Source of the DNA: Pelomyxa schiedti
Lineage: Eukaryota > Protista > Evosea
Assembly: GCA_020536535.1 (NCBI GenBank)
Contig: JAHLWZ010000725.1
Location: 6,904-70,903 of the forward strand
Direction: 5' to 3'
DNA length: 64,000 nt
Shown in pieces: positions 1 through 15,315 of this stretch. A program made the translations under genes and the position numbers. Each line of letters begins with the position of its first letter. The first letter of the stretch is position 1. A model generated the notes under the pieces. That model was not told the DNA's origin. It worked only from the letters and a program-made list of their open reading frames with translations, and did not search any database.

Positions 1-79
1 TTTTTCCTTTTCCTGGAACCAACACCTTAAAATTTTTTTTGAACAAACACCGTTCGAATGTCATCAGCAGCGCAGGTAA

Positions 80-3000
80 ATGATGCCACAACCCACATTT
101 GATGACACCACAATCTTATTATTCGATATCCAACAGGTTTGGGGTTTGGCGAAACCAGCAAAGGCAAGTACCTCCGGATCTACGTATTCCGCATCTCCTC
201 GCGTCCAAGATCCAACAACCGTTTCTACAACACCAAAGTGTCCTCGCTGTGTCACAGTGGGTCAAAATCGTGCCAACTTCACCACGCTTCTAGATCGCCT
301 TGTCGCGATACCAGAACATGCTACTGACGCAGACGCAAACGCAGCGGAGGTGAGAGATATCTCATCTCAACTTGCGAGAATGCTCACGCCGTGCATGATT
401 CCTCCCGCTTCAATTTCTGTCGCTATGATTTTTCCTTCCTCTTCCTCAACTTCCTCTGGCGGGTCGGAATCTGCTGCTGCCGCCAGCAGTGCTTCGAGCT
501 CTTCCAGTGGCGGACTATCTGAATCCTCGGCCTCTATTGGCAGTAGCAGTCCATCTTTGCGAACACAGAGCCCATCTACATCCATAACAAGTTCCAGTAG
601 TGATAAACCACTGAAACCAGACACAATACAATCTGTGCCAAGGCACTCCCCTGTTACTCGTGGAAAGAAGCTCCGCGAGCACGCAACAGGGGTAATAAGA
701 GCATTTGGGAGAACTTTTGAGAAATTTGTATGTGCAGCCCATGACGCGCACGAACTGCTACCAGAAGGATTTGCTGTTTTGTATGACAGAAGTGCTGAGG
801 GAGGTGGTACAAGTGATGAACTTAGAAATGACGGAAATCTGCGACGAAAACGCGCCACCACAGCATCAGTTGCACAGGTATCTGGTCTTAGTGAGGAGGT
901 AGCCTGGATTCTTGTGCTGACGGCACAATGTGCGCCGGAGTGTCTGCTGGAAGTGTGGTCTTGTGCACCTCACACAACACTCTGTGCAATGAGAATTCTA
1001 CTGGACAGCTGCGTTTATAGCAAGGCCATCCGCCACGTTGCAGTTTTGTCTGGAAGGCTTTTGCAACATGTATCAGATAACCTACGGTCATTGCATATGC
1101 TAGCAGTTTCCGCACATACTCCATTAGCTTGCAGTGCAGCGACACGTGTGAATTCACCTCCAACTCCTACCCGGGCGACATCTCCATCTTCACTTTCTAG
1201 CTCGTCTACACTCTCTTCTCCATCTGGGTCATCCAGTGGATCTGACTCGGGGTCCAGTGTTTCGTCATTTGGTTCTACAAGTTCACTTGGAATGCAAAAG
1301 CCTACTGAGCCGCCTCCGCATCCTACCTCCAAGCCACAGCCCCAATTAAACGTAATGCCAGCACAGCTTGTCTGGCGTTGTTGTGATGTTCTTGCCTCGT
1401 GTGTAGAAATTTTGGGTGGACTACCTGACAGTAGTAAGCTTTATGTTGATGCCATTCAATCGGCCACTGCAACTGTTCTGACATCTTTTTCCACTTCGCA
1501 TTCTGTTCTATACAATGGAAGCAGACTTGCGAACCATCTTTTTCGTACACATGGGGTAACTTGGGCATTCTCCCAACAGGACGGTTTCAAAGGCCTCGCT
1601 TATGCTGCCCAGATCAACCCACGAAAATGCGATGTTGAGTACACTGACGAAAAGCTTTGCCAACACTTGATAACGGTACTCACTTCGGGATTGCATCAAG
1701 CCTGTTCTTATAAGTGCACCGACATGGAGGGTGGGACTACATGGCACCACAATGACTCTCTGTATAATGCACACGCTTGCTTGTCACCTGAAGTCAACCT
1801 CAGTGGGAAAATCTCCCCGCAAGCTTTTGAGATGCTACTGCCTTGCCTGTTTTCCTTTAAATCCATCAATCTCAGCCATAATGGGCTGGATAATCTGCCA
1901 GAAGAGCTTGGTGAATTACAAAACCTTCTTAATATTGATCTTTCACACAACATGCTTGTTAATGTGCCATGTTCATTCTACAAATTGAAACAAGTAGAAC
2001 TACTTAATGTGGAGTACAACCGCATTGACCGCATATATCCCTTCTTTGGGCATCACAAAATGAAATTAAAGTTTGGTCATAATCCCCTAAAACAAATTCC
2101 ATTCATGGCAAAGACTTCATGCAAACAACTCAAGTCATATTTACGTGACTTGGATGTGAACTCAAGAGTATGGGACCGAGTAAGACTGTTAGTAGGTGAC
2201 TTCTGATTTGTTGCTATTCCTCTTGTTCCTAATACCTTCATAGTTGGTGAAGAAGCAGCTGGAAAGACATCTCTGATAAAGCGCATTCAATACAATAAAT
2301 TTCAAAGAGACTCTCTTGCCACTAATGGAATTGAAGTATCACGAAAAAACTTCAATATTGGGGATGGACTGGGCAGTGTCAAGTTTGATTGTTGGGATTT
2401 TGGTGGCCAGGTTTCTTTCAAGCTAACGCTGTTGGGTTTTTTTTTAAATCGGCAAACAGATTTGCTTTTACCCAACCCACCAATTCTTTTTGTCCTCAAA
2501 GGCACTCTACCTTGTTACATTTGACCTTACTCTTCCGACCGCTTCCACTCGAGTCGACTACTGGCTACAACAAATAGAAGCGAGTGCTGCCAAAGATCAC
2601 GCCCCACCCCCAGTCTTACTTGTTGGTACAAGAGCAGAAGAATTTGAAACACCGGAAGAAGCAGTACGAAGGATAAATGAAATCCAATACCAATTCAAGA
2701 GGAGATTCCACAATATAAAGGTTATTTTAAGTGTGACTCCCAACTCTTCCCTTAACTAATTTCACCTTAGGGAGCTGTTCCTGTGAGCAATAGTACAGGC
2801 TTGGGGATACCATTGCTCAAGACAACGCTTCTCAAAACTGCAAAAGATGCCAAGGTATTATGCCATTTCAGCAACGACAAGTGTTTTTACCGCAGGTCTC
2901 AGATAGTCAATATGGAAATACCTGAGTCTTACCATGTTTTAGCTAAAAAAATTATCTCTTTCCGAAAGAGTAATCCAGAGGCTCACTGCATCACATGGAC

Positions 3001-5434
3001 CAAATTTGTAGAACTTGCCGGGACATCAAATATTTTTTGTCCAATAAGCCTGTCCTTAGTGTCTGAATTTCTTACCAAGTTTGTACCACCCTTCATTTAA
3101 AATAATGCCTTATTCTAAAGCAGTGCTGGATACATGCTTCATTTTGAAAATGCTGCACTTCGTGATCTAGTAATATTGGACACTCAAGTATTTCCGTCCC
3201 GTTCACTTCAATGCACTCTTAGCGACAATTAGTGGCTGGTAAACATCATGTCCACAGTGATTTCTTTCACACACGGGTTTGGGAGGAAAGATGGTATCTT
3301 GAAACAAGACGACTTGAAACAGGTCAGTTCAAATCTTGCCATAAGATATCCCTCTTACAATAATTAAAAACCTTTCCAGCTCTTCAAAGGGATAAGTAGC
3401 ACTACCTCCAGCGAATTTGTTGATCTTATGGTAAAGTTTGACATGGCGCATTACCTGGGTGGTCGTGAGGAATCTATCATTGTTCCTTGTCTTCTACCAG
3501 CAGAGGTCCCCACTTTGCCTCTGTTTGAAGGCTCCTTTGTATTTTATCGAAAATATCGTTTCCTGTTTCTGCCTATGGGGTGTGCAACAATCCATTTATG
3601 GAAAGGATTCCTTATTTTCGAAATAGGTTTATTGGAAGACTAATGGCACAGGTTCTACACACTGCAGGGATTGAGCTACTTTGTTGTTGGAAATACGGAC
3701 TGTTAATCAAAGACTCATCTGGAGCGCAGCAGTGCCTATTTATTTATGACCCTTCCAACATCACTGTAAATGTGGAGGTGAGAACTCTGCGACAGGTGAG
3801 TGGTGAAAGGGACTCTCTACTACGACTCTGTGTTGAACTGATAGGTATGATTTTTTTTTTCAGTCTCTTTCCAAAAATTAAAGCTCAAGTCTTACTGACA
3901 TCTCATGAAAGAAACATTGGCCGAGGGATGTTATCCACGTCTTTTCTTTTCCATGCGCCGGGAGATCCCTTGTAACCATTGTGGAAAAGCAAACTCATTT
4001 TACTATGAAGATATCGTATCCACTTTCATCTCTGGCCAGAGTTCGATTCAATGTGGATCAGACTCTATTCCAGTATTTATTCCCCTGTTTTAGTGACGTA
4101 TTTACTGTATTAAGGTGCGTTCTCTGGCGCCCGACATAACGTTTTCAGACATCCCAGTTATTGACAACATCAACCTCTTCAAGAAACTTGGGCAAGGTGG
4201 ATTTGGCGCTGTGTGTAGAGTAAATTGACTCTTTAGAACTCACTCAACCCCAGGTATATCAAGGGATCTTACCAGGCAGCAACATCTGGGTTGCAGTGAA
4301 GGTAATGATTACAGCATACCGGAGCTCCTCACATTTTTTTTAGGAGCTGCTTGTTCGCCCAGACGACGACAACGTAGAAAAATTCACTCAATTTCAACGG
4401 GAAGCAGCAGTCATGAACTTCTTCCACCACTACAATCTTGTTTCGTTGCTTGGGGTTTCAATTAGTCCACCTAGAATGATTTTGGTTGCCCGATTCTGTT
4501 CCCCCTCCGTCTCATTTTTTTAAAGGAATATGTGGCGGGAGGGGATTTATTTCAGTTTATTCATCCCCAAGAATACGCCAGTATCAAGCAGGATTCCTTT
4601 CCTTGGTCATATCGTGTTAATATTGCATGCGACATCGCTCGTGGAATGGATTACCTCCAGACAATAAAACCACCAGTTATTCACAGAGGTTTGCTCATAA
4701 TCCCTCCTTCCGCGTAGTACTCTCCTTCACACTTCCTCTTTATTCCCCGCAGCTTTTTTTCTCTGACCATATATAGACCTTAGATCAGCCAACATATTCC
4801 TAACTGGAACAGAGGCCGGTCCAATTTTCGCCAAAGTTGCTGATTTTGGTGGGTAGTAGTACATCGTACCAGTTTTATTGAGTGTTCTCAGGGTTGAGCA
4901 GAAGGGTATCACAGATGACAGATTCTTTGCCAAATTGGGAATGGTTGGCACCCGAAGTATACTCCACTTCAGCGGCAAGGAAAAACTATGACAGTAGTGC
5001 CGGTTTGTTGCCATTCACGCTTGAGCAAAATAAATTCTTTGAGACTAAAATGACATTCAGATGTGTATAGCTTTGCCCTTATTCTTTGGGAACTTGCAAC
5101 CCTGGCTCTTCCCCTATCAGAGTTTTATGAGCACCCGGAATTTTCTGCCAGAACCACCAACTCTGCTGGAAAACAAGTTTCTGTCCTCCGGGTCATAAAA
5201 ATTAAGGTACTCTCAGTACCTCAACGATCAATACCTTAAAACCAAAACCAGAAAGCAATTGAAGAAGATGGATTGCGGCCCACACTGTGTGGGCTTCCCA
5301 CAGTCCCCACAGGCTTCAATGCCCTTATCACCAAGTGCTGGTCCGGAGTGCCCACCGATAGACCCACGTTTGCTCAGGCCCTAGCCATTCTGACACAAAT
5401 CAAAGAAGAGCTGGCTGCTTCTGAGGCAGAATGA
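80..5434 (+). CDS. ROCO family protein: Ser-rich/helical N-terminus, LRR, Roc GTPase, COR, TKL kinase (multi-exon)
   Basis: Exon 1 ends in LRRs (INLSHNGLDNLPEELGELQNL). After GT-AG introns come Roc motifs VGEEAAGKTS, ATNGI, WDFGGQ and LVGTR, then COR (WLVNIMSTVI, FLPMGFIGRL), then kinase motifs LGQGGFGAVY, VAVKE, HRDLRSAN, DFG, WLAPE and DRPTF. Stop TGA at 5432-5434. Confidence 0.9.
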
Positions 5435-5599
5435 GATAGAGGCAGAAAAAACCTTTTTGTTTGTGTTTTACTCGTCATTTACCGTCGAGGTTAAACTTGG
5501 GTTTTTCCTCAGCACCACTGTTTCTTGGAACAAAAGTTTTTCACCATTCTGTAAAATGCAACTTTTTTTCGGCAGTTTCTGACAAAACCGCAACACACA

Positions 5600-8500
5600 A
5601 TGGACCTGTTGCGTGGGTTGGGTGTCTTTGGCACACCCCAAAAGACAGTTGCAAGCCACAATGGGCACAATAAAACAAACCGAAAGACATGCGCGTCCGA
5701 CCCAAACCCAGTTGTGGGACCCAAACGCCACACAGCAAGTCAACAAGCCGCACCACGAAACGTAAGTTCGTCCCACAATGCTACTGCGCCCACGGTGCCA
5801 CGACAACGAGAAAGTGCATCAAGCACAGGAAGAACCGAGCGTCTTCCAGAGAGCTCGGTGCCGATTCAAAAACAAAGCGGCGCACATAATGGGACAGATG
5901 AAAAGCCCGACACTGAGTGGGGTAAGTCAGGGGAGTGGAATACCGTGAGAATATTCGTGAGTTCCACGTTCCAGGACATGCACAGCGAGAGGAATTCTTT
6001 GGTCACCCGCGTGTTCCCTGTTCTGCGAATGTGGTGTGCATTGAGCTCATTGAAGATTTTAAAGTTGTACTCATGTACAAGCTTTCAGGTGTGAGGAACA
6101 CAGATTGCACCTGATTGCATGCGATTTGCGATGGGGAGTGCCAAAGGATTCTAGCACGGGAGACACTTTACTCACGTGAGCTCTGTTCTCTTTAGAAGTG
6201 CACACTCTAAAGAATGAAAAAAGGTGTTTGGGAGAGCTTGATAGATGTTCATCGTCACGGAACGGTAGCCACCCGTACTTTATCTCTATACTTGGAGAAA
6301 GGTATGGCTGGGTTCCCACGGAAGATCAGGTTGGTGCTCCGAACGTTCTCGTCGTCTGAAAAATACCTTTGCTTAAAAAAAAAACCCCATCAAGGTTCCC
6401 GCCATCGTTAGGCATAAATACAAATGGATTCCTGGACTCTCTGTGACTGCCATGGAAATAACTCATGCCGCACTTAGATCCTCAGATGTGAATCCAAATG
6501 CCTTGTTCTTCTTTCGCGATTCGAGGGCCATTGACACTATCCCGACGGAACCAGAATCTGTAAGAGCACAGGCTCTCAGTGCTCTGGGAAGTGATGGATC
6601 GGAATCCAAGTTATCTCGACTGAAGGAGCAGATACGAAACCGATACTCTGTTGTGGAGTATTCGTCCGCTTTTGATCGAATTGAAAATGGTGTGGTGTTG
6701 ATGAAGGGACTGGATGACTTTGAGAAGGCAGTTCTCACAAAGTTGAAGTCAATAGTTGTGTAACCCAACGCTTTTCAACTGGCTAACCTTTAACCAGATA
6801 TCCAAAAACTTTGTAGACTCATTCCCAAAAACTCCATCGCAACTCCTTGTGGAGCCACACGCCTGTGCAATTTCGGAAATGGCAAAGCATTGCATTGGCT
6901 GCGAGTCAGACGTAAACTTGCTATTTCAAGCACTTCAGGTAATTCTTATTATGGTCACTCTCCACTGATAATTTCTAGGATACGAACTATATACTGCTTG
7001 ATAGTGATTCCGGAATGGGAGCAAGTACTACACTGGCGGCCCTTGGCCAGTACATTATGAAGAAGCATCGCGCACGTTGGAGCATATTTACACACTTCTC
7101 TGAGTCTGGTCCTCATACAAAGGAAGTCAACACAATTTTGACTAGGCTTTGTCTCCACTTCGAGGGTGTTACTTACCTCAACAAGTTAGGCATATGTCTT
7201 GCACCTGATACCTTTTCAATACCCTTTGTGTGACTGATCTTTCTTCTAGGATACAAGAAAGTCATTCTGACTCGCTTGTTCATACACTACAGCATGTAAT
7301 TCATAAGAACCGGAATAAGAACAGGAAGACACTTATCCTTATTGACCATATAGACAAACTTTCAAAGCAACATCACGGCACCTACGACTGGTGGTTACCG
7401 AAGTCTGTTCCCCCAAATGTGAAGATTGTAGCAACAGTATCAGAAAGAAGGAACCTCATTGGTGACCAATCGTATAACAAGGAATCTGTGCTGGGATGCC
7501 CCTGGCACCGTCTTCCTATTTCTGGAGTCAGTTCATTGGCTGTTGATCAAATTGCCACCCAAACAATGCATGTGAATGCCAAATCCCTAGATGAGAACCA
7601 GAAATCCCTCTTGCTTTCAAAACGTTCCAGCAAAAATCCTCTGTGGCTCAATATTGCTTGTGGGGAGCTAGTTCAATTTGGTATCTTTGAAGCTGTTTCA
7701 GAAAAGATCCAGTCTCTACCAGATAGCCTTCCAGGCTTGATTGAGTCCGTACTTGAACGCCTTGAGACACAATTCGGAGCTAAGTGTGTCACTGATCTAT
7801 TGTGTTTGATTGCCTTCTCTCACAATGGCCTTTTGGAGAATGAAGCCATGGAACTTCTGGGAAATCCGATCACTCATGAACCCCTGTGCAACGCTGAATG
7901 GGCTCCGTTGAGGGCTAGATTGGCGGATTTTTTGTGTCCCAGTGACGCCACCACTGTACTTAGCTTTACACATACTTGCTTTTTGGATGCTGTTAGAAAG
8001 AGATATAGCTGTGACAGAAAAGAAGTAGCCAATTCATACTGGACAATTCTGGCCAACTACCATGAAGAAAAGTTGAAAAGCAGGTACTAAGAAATTCTTA
8101 CAGCTAGTACTCATTTTTTTTTTGCCTCCATTTAAACAGTAAAGTACCCTCTTTTCATGAACGACCAGCAGAAGAACTTCCATATTTATTTGAGTCTCTC
8201 GGCGATCAAGCGAGAATAGCACAATGCCTATCACACTTATCAGTCTTTTTGCACTGGTTTACAGGTTCACTCCTCCGCCCTACAACTTGATCAAGTCACG
8301 TGTCTCAAGATGAGACCAAGTTCCAATTCGTACAATTTAGCACTGCTGTGAAGGATACTTCAATTTTGGAGAAGAATTTCTCTGACATGGTTGAACTCTC
8401 TCAGCTGGTATGCATGCAATTAAGGTTTTGGTCATCGCAAATGACTCTGGGTTGTACAGCAATTGGTCTCTGTTCCAGAGAGAGTGCTTCTTCTCTTCCG

Positions 8501-9860
8501 TGTTTCCGAGTTCTTTTCTTACATTGGCCTCCTAGACGCTTCCCTGAAAGTTGCACAGCAATCTGTGCACTTGGGAAAGCAAGTATCTCACGGAATATGC
8601 CCAGAGATGGGTTTTGCTCTCAACATGCTTGCCCGTGTCCAAGACCAAAAAGGTAGAACTTTAATAATTCTTGCTACAGTGTTTACGTAATTGAAGGGGA
8701 TTCGACATCAGCACTTGACAACTTCAAGTTGGCTCTACAAACTCGAAGAAGAGTATATGGCAGAGAGCACATATATATTGCCCATAGTTTAAATAACTTG
8801 GCAGCATTTTATCAAGTACTAATACCTGTAACCCATTTTTTTGTTCCCACATCCGAAGGTACATGGAAAGCAATTTGGGGCTTCTCTACCTCTTTACCGT
8901 GAAGCTCTAGTCATGGCACAACACATTCTTGGGGAGACACACCCACTTGTTGCCGACTTCTTGAGCAATATAGGCCAGGTATATACTGAGTCAGGGAATC
9001 ATGATGCCGCTGTGATAGTTCTCCACAAGGCTTTGACAATAAGGACACAAGTTCAAGGTTCAAGTTAGTTTGTTACAAAAGTGCACTGACTTAAGTAGAC
9101 GACAAAGACCCTTCTCTCTCGTTGACTCTGACTACACTTGCAAATGCTTTGCGAGGTCAAGCAGGTAGCTACCTACCCCTCTACGCCGTGATACGGTTTC
9201 ATATTCTATTTTAGCTGAAACTGAGGATCCTGAAGAGAAAATGCACAAATTCTCACAAGCTCTGTCTTATTACAAGCAAGCACTCAATGTAGATTTATGT
9301 GTATATGGGGAGAGAAACGTGGTAGTTGCCACAGATTATTGTAATATTGGTAGTATGTACAGTGAGCTTGAGCTTGATGCACGGACTGAGGACGAAATGT
9401 TCGCTAAAGCGTATGCTGTGAGTCATATTATTTTCCTACCACTAACATGTATTTTTGGTGTAGATATGAAATTCGGAAAGCCTTACTTGGTGAGGAACAC
9501 GAACAAACAAAAGCAGCAGCGGTTCTGTGTGGGGGCCACATCCCACACCCCAAATCTAAATTATGGGACAAGCCGGACAGTGGTTCTGGGGGGAATACAC
9601 GGCAAATCACCGCAGTTGCAATTTACGACCCATCAACAGCACTCATTATTCAAGAAATGCAAGCACTTGCCACAATGATCTCCAACAGACCCGCGGAAAG
9701 ATCACAATCTGACACAATCTCAACTACCGCAGAATCTTGCTTCAGTAATGGGCTTCCTTACACTGGCGGCGGTATGCCGGAATCTCCTCCCGTAGACAAC
9801 ATGAGGGAAGCTAGGAGACAAGCTTTTTCATCAGGACCAAAAATAGAAGAAGTCGACTGA
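5600..9860 (+). CDS. DUF4062-NACHT/STAND-TPR protein (TEP1/NPHP3-like architecture, multi-exon)
   Basis: DUF4062 signature WNTVRIFVSSTFQDMHSERN, DLRWG and SVTAMEI. Degenerate Walker A, Walker B LILIDHID, NPLWL motif. Kinesin-light-chain-type TPRs (LGETHPLVADFLSNIG, YGERNVVVATDYCNIG, LGEEHEQT). Confidence 0.82.
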
Positions 9861-10147
9861 GACCTGAACTTTCCACACAGCACATTACTGATACACAGAC
9901 CAATTTTTTTTAATATAATGTGCACAGAGATCAAGAGCACGCACACACTCAGGAATTCACATCACTCTTATCAACTAGAGATCGACCCAATGTACGTGTG
10001 AGATTACTACAACGATGTTTGTTGATGTACCTCATTTTGCTTCGCGTTTTTTGAAGTTGTAGATCTTGCCACCTTGCTTTTTTTTTTTTACGCTGGAAGA
10101 AGAAAAAATCAGACCATTTTCCTTTCATTTCCAAAAAAACAAACAAC

Positions 10148-12660
<2,513 letters not shown>

Positions 12661-12854
12661 TGCCTCCATTTGAACAACCCTGTAGACTGAGGGTTGGCAA
12701 CAGATTTAAAACAATCTTGATTTTGCTCTTTTCCTGAATTTCACGCCGGCGAATCAAAACATAAAGCGGGAATTAACAAAAAAAAAAAGAAACACAACGC
12801 ACGGTAGCGGAGCGGTGTAAATAACGAACACACATCGTAACTTGAAGAGAGAAG

Positions 12855-14023
12855 ATGGGATCTCTGGACTCGTTGTTGGGTAGGCTGGAAGTCATTTACC
12901 TCGAAACCGCGGAAAAAAAAGCACCCGAGTCGGACAAAAAGGACGAAAAGGTAGACCCTTTTACGACAAACAGACTAGCCATCGCTGAAGAAATCAGAGA
13001 GCTCAAGAAGGTTTGTTTTTTGCTTTTTGCTTTGATCCACTGCTCCTTTTGCATTCTGTGAAGGAAGCTCCTTCAAGTCTTACACTTGTGAACTAGTTAA
13101 TTGTTGACAGAGACCAAGTTGCTGGTGAAAATCCTAGCTCAGTTGAAGCTGTGAGAATGTCCGCAACGATTCGCACACAACTCGTTGAATTGGAAAAGCA
13201 CATCCAAATGCTCAAAGGAGGGCACGATAAGGCTGTAGCGCGGTACGAGAAAAAGGTAAAAACAAGAGTCTCTTGTATTTTCCCCTGACCTCTGTTAGAA
13301 AGCAAGCAAAGGGAAACCCGATCTTGAGCTGGAAGATAAATTCCAACTTCGAGGTGAAGCAATTCAGTGTGCTATGGACAATCTTGAGGAGTGCCGAAAC
13401 ATGGAAAGAAAACGTTTGGGTGGTCCTGCTTTCATTCCTGGCAGAAGTTAGTGCCACATATTCTAATACAATTTCACAACACTGATTTCGTGGTAGATGC
13501 CGCTGCCCCCACTTCTTTGCCAAATATTGATGATCCCAGATTTCAGGAGCTCAAACGTCGTGACGAAGAAATTGTATTTCACACTCACTATTCCTTCTTC
13601 TTATTATTATCGTCAGGATACTGTTCTTGACAGCATAGGAAATAAAGTTCATGCACTCCATGGGATTGCGGTAATGTCAAATAAAATTTCTAACCTATCC
13701 TCACACAAAGACAGATTGAAATGAACGAAGTTGCACACAAACAATCAGATCAGATAGACAAAATCGCCGACAACGTAGATGACCTCAATCAGCAGCTCAT
13801 ATCTGCCAACAAACAGATGAAAGAAATTCTCGAGAAGGTTAACGCACTTAGAATTCTTTATTTGTAACAATGCAAAAACCACAGTTGCGGTCACCTGACA
13901 AGTTCATCCTGGATTTCATTCTCATCTGTGTCCTATTGGGTACATTTTTCACAATGGTTTTTCCACTCAGTGTCAATAGGTGTGGCAGGCATGGTGTACA
14001 CAGTCATAAAAGACCGTATTTAA
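12855..14023 (+). CDS. Qc-SNARE syntaxin, SYP7-like (multi-exon)
   Basis: N-terminus MGSLDSLLGRLE..DPF, SNARE coiled coil (RDEEIDTVLDSIGNKV..EMNEVAHKQSDQID) and C-terminal TM KFILDFILICVLLGVAGMVY. Confidence 0.8.
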
Positions 14024-14290
14024 TTCCCAATGGAGTAGTGTAAATAACCAAAAATCTTTGTTCACTTTTCACAAGGCCAGTTTTTCTCTTTTCCCTAATG
14101 GTCCCATAATCTCGTGCCAAAATGGAGGGGAGAAAGTAGTCTCAAGCAGCCGGCAGGTTTTCGTGAGATGATGGCAATTCAATTTGCATTTGTTTGAATT
14201 TGTAGACACGCTCTTAAAATGGTACAAAACCAACATCTGACCCACTTTTTTTTTTTTTGGCTTGGTTGTGACATTAAAAATCTAGAAGTT

Positions 14291-15190
14291 CTATAGAAGA
14301 GCACAGCAGCATTTGTGTCTATCAGCAAAAAGTAGTGGTGCTTCATCCCGTTCAACGTCCAAATCTTCGCGGGCTGCTGAGGTGCTTATAGTATTCATGA
14401 AGCTATCAAAGGTTGTTTCCACACCGTGGTTCTCCATGGCACTGCAACAGGCCCTGTTGCATTTTAGTTGTTGCATACAACAATATGAAAGTAACCAGGC
14501 ACAAAATCCATTTTCCTTCGAGAAGGCTTCCAGTTCTTCATCAGTTTTACATCGTTTGTTCACGGGACAGTCTATCTTTTAGTGTTTTTGTGTTGATTTG
14601 TTGAGTGCTTGCCTGTACCTTGGTTGCAATCAAAAAAGTTGGAATGTCTTGTTCTGTACAAGTCTTTATTGCATTCTTCCAAGTGAGTACATTGTCAAAT
14701 GAGGGTAAACTGGATATGTCAAAAAGTATAAAGAATCCATCAGCCCCGCGGAGGTAAGACTGTACAAGTTAGTGTTGACAAAACTTATTTGTTGTTGGAC
14801 CGTTGTCATTTCTCGATATTTTTCTTGGCCTTGTTGGAGCAAGAAGATTAGAGTTTGAATAATTCACGCTGCGATACCGGCAGTATCCCAAATTTGCACA
14901 TTGGTGTCTCTCCATACTATTGTGATAAACTCCACTCCGGTCTTGCTGATTTTAAGAGGTAAAAAACCTCGGGTAAATTACATACTGTTGTGGGAACTTC
15001 AGTGTTGAACGACCTATTTGCGAGACGAGACACAAAGCAGGTTTTCCCTTGTCTTGTGAGTAGGAGGAAGAAAGTAAAGGGAAGGTCGCTACCGACTCCT
15101 GAATCACCCAAAATTACAACTTTAGTAGGTGGTTTATCCTGCAAGAGTCGTTATCCATAACACCAACACCGTAGATCCCGCACCTACCAT
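14291..15190 (-). CDS. Divergent Rab/Ras-superfamily small GTPase with CaaX tail
   Basis: KVVILGDSGVGKT, WDTAGQEKY, YLRGADG, G4 TKID and C-terminal CCCALL. The first coding exon appears to be only ATG (15190-15188), followed by intron GTAGGT...TTGCAG. Confidence 0.85.
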
Positions 15191-15315
15191 CAAATGACTG
15201 CGATCATACAATAAAGTGCCAAAACAGAGGGAAAAGTAGATTCCCGGAAGGGCATCGAACAAAAAAAAAAGTGCCAAAAGTAAGCCCCTGGCTGGGCTAT
15301 TCTTTCCACTTCTTT

